Assembly (NCBI GenBank): GCA_001938485.1
Contig: MQRK01225287.1
Coordinates: 62,001-117,665 of the forward strand
From: Girardia tigrina
Taxonomy: Eukaryota
Reading direction: 5' to 3'
DNA length: 55,665 nucleotides
Below, in pieces: positions 50,901 to 55,665 of the stretch. The notes under the pieces are model-generated. The model did no database searches and was not told the origin of the DNA. It was given only the letters and a program-made list of their open reading frames with translations. Position 1 is the first letter of the stretch. The number at the start of each line of letters is the position of its first letter. The position numbers and the translations under genes were made by a program.

Positions 50901-53136
50901 ATTTTTTTTTAATTTAATATATTGTTTATTTTGATATTTTTATTTATTGATAGATTAAAAATTTGGATAATTTAAATTTACAAATTTTATTTTTTTTGGA
51001 AAAGTTTTTAATATTAAAGATAATATTTATTCTAATAAATTTTAAATATTAATTAAAATAATTAAAAAATAAATTTAGCTAAAATTAAATATTTTATTAA
51101 AAATATTTTTCTATTTTTTAATTTTATAAGTAAATTTATTCTTATATTCGAAAATATTTGAAAATTTTGTTCCTGTCAGAAATTATTAAAGAGTTTTGTG
51201 TTTTAGTTTAAATGCTTAATATATGCAGTAGCTTTATAACTTTTACTTTTAAATATTATGTATATAAAAACACTTATTATTTTTCACTTTTTAGTTAATG
51301 GAATCCTTTGTACACTTATTACTTTAATATGGGAATTTCATTACGGTATTCCTTAAATTTCATGTATTAATAGTTTTGTAAGGCAGCCGAAATTGTTACA
51401 AAACTAGAAATACATGAAATTTAAGGAACAGAGTAACGAAATTCCCATATAGAAGTAATAAGTGTACAAAGGATTCTATTAACTAGAACAGTGGTGTCAA
51501 ACCTTTTTGCTGTGCGGGCCACTTCATACAACAGAAATGCAACGGCGGGCCACAATGGAAATGTCAAGTATATTATCAAACACAGAAAAAACTGTTTAAC
51601 TAAGTATAAAAGGAAACATTTATTCTAAAAGAAACCATGCTACAGTACTATAATAACACTAACTGTTTATGCTTTTAGTGAAAATTTAGTCACTGTTATG
51701 TAAAATTACACTGTTTGTGGTTCTACTTAGATTTGTGAGACTTCTGACGCGGGCCGCACGATTTGCCTCTGAGGGCCGCCACTTTGACACCTCTGAACTA
51801 GAAAGTGAAAAAAACGGGTTTGTGTCAAATGACCGAATCCCAAAAGACCGAAATTAATTATTCTAGAATACAATAAATTTAAAATTAGTTGTTTTGAGGA
51901 ACATTTTAAATGTTATGTACGTCGTTGTATGTAGTATTATGTTATTTTTAATTTTAAATTGAGATTTTTTTATTTTAAAATGAGATATTTTTTAAATAAG
52001 ACTTTTCTTTTGAAATTGATAGTTTTGTTTTGAAAACGAGATTTTTTTATTTTAAAATAAAACTTTTTCAATAAATTGAGAAATAAGAATACTTTCAGTA
52101 GTTAGCAATTGCGGAAACAAACCGTTAATAGATTAATTACGTGGAATAGCACATCATTTGTCTCTTTAAATAAAAGTTTTTATCTTCGAATTTTTTTTTG
52201 AAAATTTCTATTTTCTATTATTCTTTTTTATTTATACTAGAGATTTTGGATTTAAATCGGAGATTTTCGATTTGTATTTTTTTAGAATTTAAACTTTTGA
52301 TATAAATTTAGAAATTTTAATTCTGAAATAATTTTTATAATTTTTAAGCATTTATATTTTATAATTATAACTTAATACTTAAGCAATATAACCATTATTA
52401 TTTATTTATTTAAAAAAATATAAAATTAAAAAATATCTTTCAAAATTCGGAAAAAATGATAAAAAAAATAAAACTTTATGTAAGTTGAGAAATTAAAAAT
52501 ATTAAAATAAATTTACATATATTCTTTAGTATCTTTCATTAGTCCTATATAATTATATATCTCATTTTCAAATAAAAAAATTTCAATTTAAAATTAAAAA
52601 TAACGTAATACTACATACAACGACGTGCATAACATTTAAAATATTTCTCAAAACAACTAATTTTAAATTTATTGTATTTTAAAATAATAAATGTCGTAAT
52701 AATTAATTTCGGTCATTTGACCGGATCCCAAAAAAAAGAATAATATAACAAATGTTGAAAATAATCTGTTATGTGAATGTAATGATTTCATGTAAATATA
52801 TAAATAAAAAATACGGTACAAAGTACGTGCAACTATAAATAAACATCATGGAATTGGATTTTGCTTTATTTATAATATATTAAAAACAAAAAAAATTAAT
52901 AAAAAAAACAAATAGAAAATAAATTAGAAATTCGATAAATTTTTGGAAAAGCTTTTTTTCAGAAAAATAATTAGAAAAATTATAGTGAAAAAATATTTTA
53001 AAATTCTTTTAAGGCTCGTGGACAAACAGAGTTCAAAATGATATCTCACCTGTCTCTGGATATTGTCGATCTCTTGCTTGTAATGTTCATAATCCTTCAG
53101 AATATCGAGCATATGCTTCTCCAGGCCAAACCTCAG
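36223..53136 (-). CDS. Tetraspanin, last three coding exons: 53136-53050, 50183-49905, 36309-36223 (5' exons not found in the window)
   Basis: LRFGLEKHML...IDNIQRQ | YKCCGVFNSSDW...IPDSCCPNNC...YKDGCGEKF...VLVVAISATIIILQ | IISLIATCCIFRKKSSLPYEVFNNRYYV*. Has the CCG and PxSCC motifs, TM4 and juxtamembrane CC. All junctions are phase-0 GT-AG. Confidence 0.92.
37235..37755. mobile_element. Helitron/DINE-like non-autonomous repeat
   Basis: TATG microsatellite near the left end and hairpin ACTCATCGCAGTGAGT near the right end. Confidence 0.35.
37909..38310 (-). other. Asn/Gln-rich ORF (85 aa) downstream of a TTTTGGCGCC motif; possible retrotransposon PBS plus gag start
   Basis: ORF 37909..38166, with minus-strand TTTTGGCGCC near 38301-38310. 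No domain recognised. Confidence 0.25.
38590..39923 (-). mobile_element. mariner element, near full length, transposase pseudogene (39724-38669)
   Basis: TIRs TGTCTAATAAGTTCCCGGAAT at both ends. Motifs WIPQHLS, TEDESW, HDNAHPH and YSPDMNQCD, with internal stops. Confidence 0.92.
42148..42600 (-). mobile_element. hAT transposon 3' fragment
   Basis: Terminus CAGTGCTTTATTTCTAG and ALLFIRMVGPPLTYFDPTKYVDSWLLRGKHSA, resembling a hAT transposase C-terminus. Confidence 0.65.
42844..43852 (-). mobile_element. AT-rich solo LTR, family TGTGA...CCCAACA, copy 2
   Basis: TG...CA ends and perfect TSD GTTTT (42839-42843, 43853-43857). Reverse-complement homolog of 6521-7328. Confidence 0.82.
44926..44963. 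repeat. (TA)n microsatellite
   Basis: Pure TA run. Confidence 0.9.
46736..46821. mobile_element. 86-bp piggyBac-like MITE
   Basis: TIRs CCTGTTAACCGGG / CCCGATTAACAGG flanked by TTTA / TTAA. Confidence 0.55.
47270..47515 (-). mobile_element. Tc1 transposase N-terminal (HTH) fragment
   Basis: SKKKRISALLRAIII...GLS.TEISNKLDLPKST..NIVK..KLTGS pattern. Confidence 0.45.
48385..49638 (-). mobile_element. mariner element (cecropia/Hsmar1-like), full length, frameshifted
   Basis: TIRs TTAGGTTGATGCAAAAGAAATGTCGTTTTT / AAAAACGACATTTCTTTTGCATAAGCCTAA with TA TSD. Motifs WLPHELN, HDNARPH and HPPYSPDLS. Confidence 0.93.
50412..50900. mobile_element. hAT terminal fragment
   Basis: Terminus CAGCGATTCTCAAAC after CCCTAGAT. 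No second TIR found, so the right boundary is approximate. Confidence 0.4.
51280..51810. repeat. Hairpin (foldback) element with arms of about 100 bp, right arm interrupted by a hAT MITE
   Basis: 51280-51381 is an imperfect reverse complement of 51395-51488 plus 51804-51810. Confidence 0.8.
51489..51795. mobile_element. hAT (Charlie-like) MITE
   Basis: TIRs CAGTGGTGTCAAA / TTTGACACCTCTG and perfect 8-bp TSD AACTAGAA. Confidence 0.9.
51816..52729. mobile_element. Long-TIR non-autonomous element (MULE/foldback-like)
   Basis: Imperfect TIRs of about 170 bp: GGG...TCAAATGACCGAA...TGTACGTCGTTGTATGTAGTATTA versus its reverse complement. Flanks are A-rich. Confidence 0.8.
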
Positions 53137-54097
53137 CTGAATTGTTTATCACATTGTAAAAATAACAAAACCGAGAAATAATTATTAATCCTTCATATTG
53201 CCACCGAAACCGATTATGAAATGGAACTATGTTCCTATTGTATTCAAATATTTATTTGCAATGAACAACTTTATTTCTAAATTTAAGTTTATTTTAGTAA
53301 AAACCGAAAATAGTTACACTTGAACAAATTTGATACATCAATAATATTGTTTTAATATGTTTTTACGATTTTTTTAAACTAGTTTTCAACAAGAATAGAC
53401 AACCTTTAGATTTATTTGATTTTGTTCAAACTATACTATTGTGAATTACAACTAGAAATAACCCTGTCGAATACCATGAACTAATTGAGATAAACAAAAA
53501 TATAATAAATGTAGACGAATAACTGCAACTGAAAATTCATGTAACTTTTAATATTTTGTAAAATCCGAAAACGCATTATTTCTATAAAAAATAATCATCC
53601 AGAAGATCTAGAAAGAGAATTTGGACACCTCAAACCGATATTATAATTATCAAATAATAACTGAAAAACATAATTATAAAATAAAAATAATATTTTTAAA
53701 TTCAAAAACAGTTTCTAGAAATAAATTGTTTAGTGAAAACAAATCAAAATCTAACTGTAAACTAAATAAAAATTTAAAAAAATTAAATGAAGGAATTTTT
53801 CGAAATAAAAAGAATTTATGAAATTATTTAAAAATTATCCAATTTTTACATTTATATTCATAAACAATATCAGAACAAAGTGTTAAAGGTGTAATAGATT
53901 TATTACTGAACATATTTTGAATTTTATGAGATCGTGATATAATTTTTAAATTTAATTTATTCTTAGCTGATTTTAACAATGCATTTTTAATGTTTTTAAA
54001 TAATTCAGAATAAGGTGCAATTAAGCATAATTTGGGCATATTATTAATATCTAATGATTAGCGCTGTATAGCTATTTGCCCATACGGTTAGATATAA

Positions 54098-54608
54098 TTG
54101 GCAGAAGTGAAAAGGAACCGTTTTGTGGAAATCCAGATTATGTTTGAGAATCAATTAGTGAGGGTAAAACCGGAAAACAGTACACCATGTACACAGCAAT
54201 GGTCCAAGGGTGTTGACGTGAAGAGAATAGATCAAAGGAAATATCTAGTAAATTGCAACGGATTTTGCGGTCCAAGGCATATCGCAGACATTCGACCCAG
54301 ACAGCCTGACTTGGTTGAAAATTCCAAGTCATATTATATGGATATGGAGGAAACTGCATCACTACCAGACAATGAAACACAAGAGGAACAATCATTGAAC
54401 TGTAGGCCTAGAAGAGAAAGACGAAGACCGTCTTATCTAAATGATTACATTGTGGATAGTTTTTCTTCTGTGGACGAATCTGGTGGGAGAGTTGGATATT
54501 AGATATTTTGATTATTTCAAATATTTAATATTTGCTTTTTTGATAAATATTTTGTTTAAATATTATCAATTAAACATTGTTTAGTAAATAAACTTTTCGC
54601 GTGTTACA
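54098..54608 (+). mobile_element. 3' end of an LTR retrotransposon (integrase tail, PPT, short LTR-like segment)
   Basis: VRVKP...WSKG...YLVN...RHIADIRP...RPRRERRRPSYLNDY, then purine tract GGTGGGAGAG and a segment ending TTACA. Confidence 0.7.
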
Positions 54609-54609
54609 A

Positions 54610-55665
54610 TAAATAATCACAAATTAATTCATAAATAATCACAAATTAAATAATTAATAATCACAAATTAATAAATAATCACAAACTAATAAATAATCAC
54701 AAATTAATTAATAAATAATCAAAAATTAATTCATAAATAATCACAAATTAATTAATAAATAATCACAAATTAATTCATAAATAATCACAAAATAATTCAT
54801 AAATAATCACAAATTAATTCATAAATAATCACAAATTAATTCATAAATAATCACAAATTAATTAATAAATAATCATAAATTAATTCATAAATAATCACAA
54901 ATTAATTAATAAATAATCACAAATTAATTCACAAATAATCACAAATTAATTTGTAAATAATCACAAATTAATTCATAAATAATCACAAATTAATTAATAA
55001 ATAATCACAAATTAATTTGTAAATAATCACAAATTAATTCATAAATAATCACAAATTAATTCATAAATAATCACAAATTAATTCACAAATAATCACAAAT
55101 TAATTTGTAAATAATCAGAAATTAATTCATAAATAATCAAAAATTAATTAATAAATAATCACAAATTAATTTGTAAATAATCACAAATTAATTCATAAAT
55201 AATCACAAATTAATTAATAAATAATCACAAATTAATTCATAAATAATCACAAATTAATTAATAAATAATCATAAATTAATTCATAAATAATCACAAATTA
55301 ATTAATAAATAATCACAAATTAATTTGTAAATAATCACAAATTAATTCATAAATAATCACAAAATAATTCATAAATGATCACAAATTAATTCATAAATAA
55401 TCACAAATTAATTCATAAATAATCACAAAATAATTCATAAATAATCACAAATTAATTAATAAATAATCAGAAATTAATTAATAAATAATCACAAATTAAT
55501 TCACAAATAATCACAAATTAATTTGTAAATAATCAGAAATTAATTCATAAATAATCAAAAATTAATTAATAAATAATCACAAATTAATTAATAAATAATC
55601 ACAAATTAATTCATAAATAATCACAAATTAATTCATAAATAATCACAAATTAATTCATAAATAAT
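54610..55665. repeat. Tandem satellite, 22-bp unit AAATAATCACAAATTAATT(CAT/AAT/TGT/CAC)
   Basis: Directly visible array running to the window end. Confidence 0.97.

Noticed and set aside
54610-55665. CRISPR array or telomere
   Set aside because: No unique spacers, eukaryotic context, and no G-rich telomeric motif.

Overview
AT-rich eukaryotic genomic DNA, most likely an animal (GT-AG spliceosomal introns, CMC1, tetraspanin, mariner/Gypsy load), with four N-gaps. Three host genes can be spliced by eye: the last two exons of an unidentified Pro/Ser/Asn-rich protein (+, 3656-9070), a complete four-exon CMC1 gene (-, 27880-15785, with an 11.5-kb third intron) and the last three exons of a tetraspanin (-, 53136-36223). 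Introns and intergenic DNA are packed with mostly decayed, often nested transposons: mariners, rosa- and maT-like Tc1/mariner elements, hAT MITEs (one SPIN-like), piggyBac, a MULE-like foldback, Gypsy elements and solo LTRs, and non-LTR fragments. The window ends in a 22-bp satellite. The most striking feature is a two-copy, gene-carrying non-autonomous element (1828-3212 and 18605-19604). Both copies share a TGGAGCGGAGAATTGCC... left box and a 22-bp TGGAGACACGG(A/C)TTCCTGTCCA right end, and each has its own perfect 5-bp target-site duplication. Their interiors differ: one holds an ankyrin-repeat gene fragment, the other an intronless Sec22 copy, both in the same orientation. All assignments come from reading the sequence and recalled family motifs; no database searches were run.
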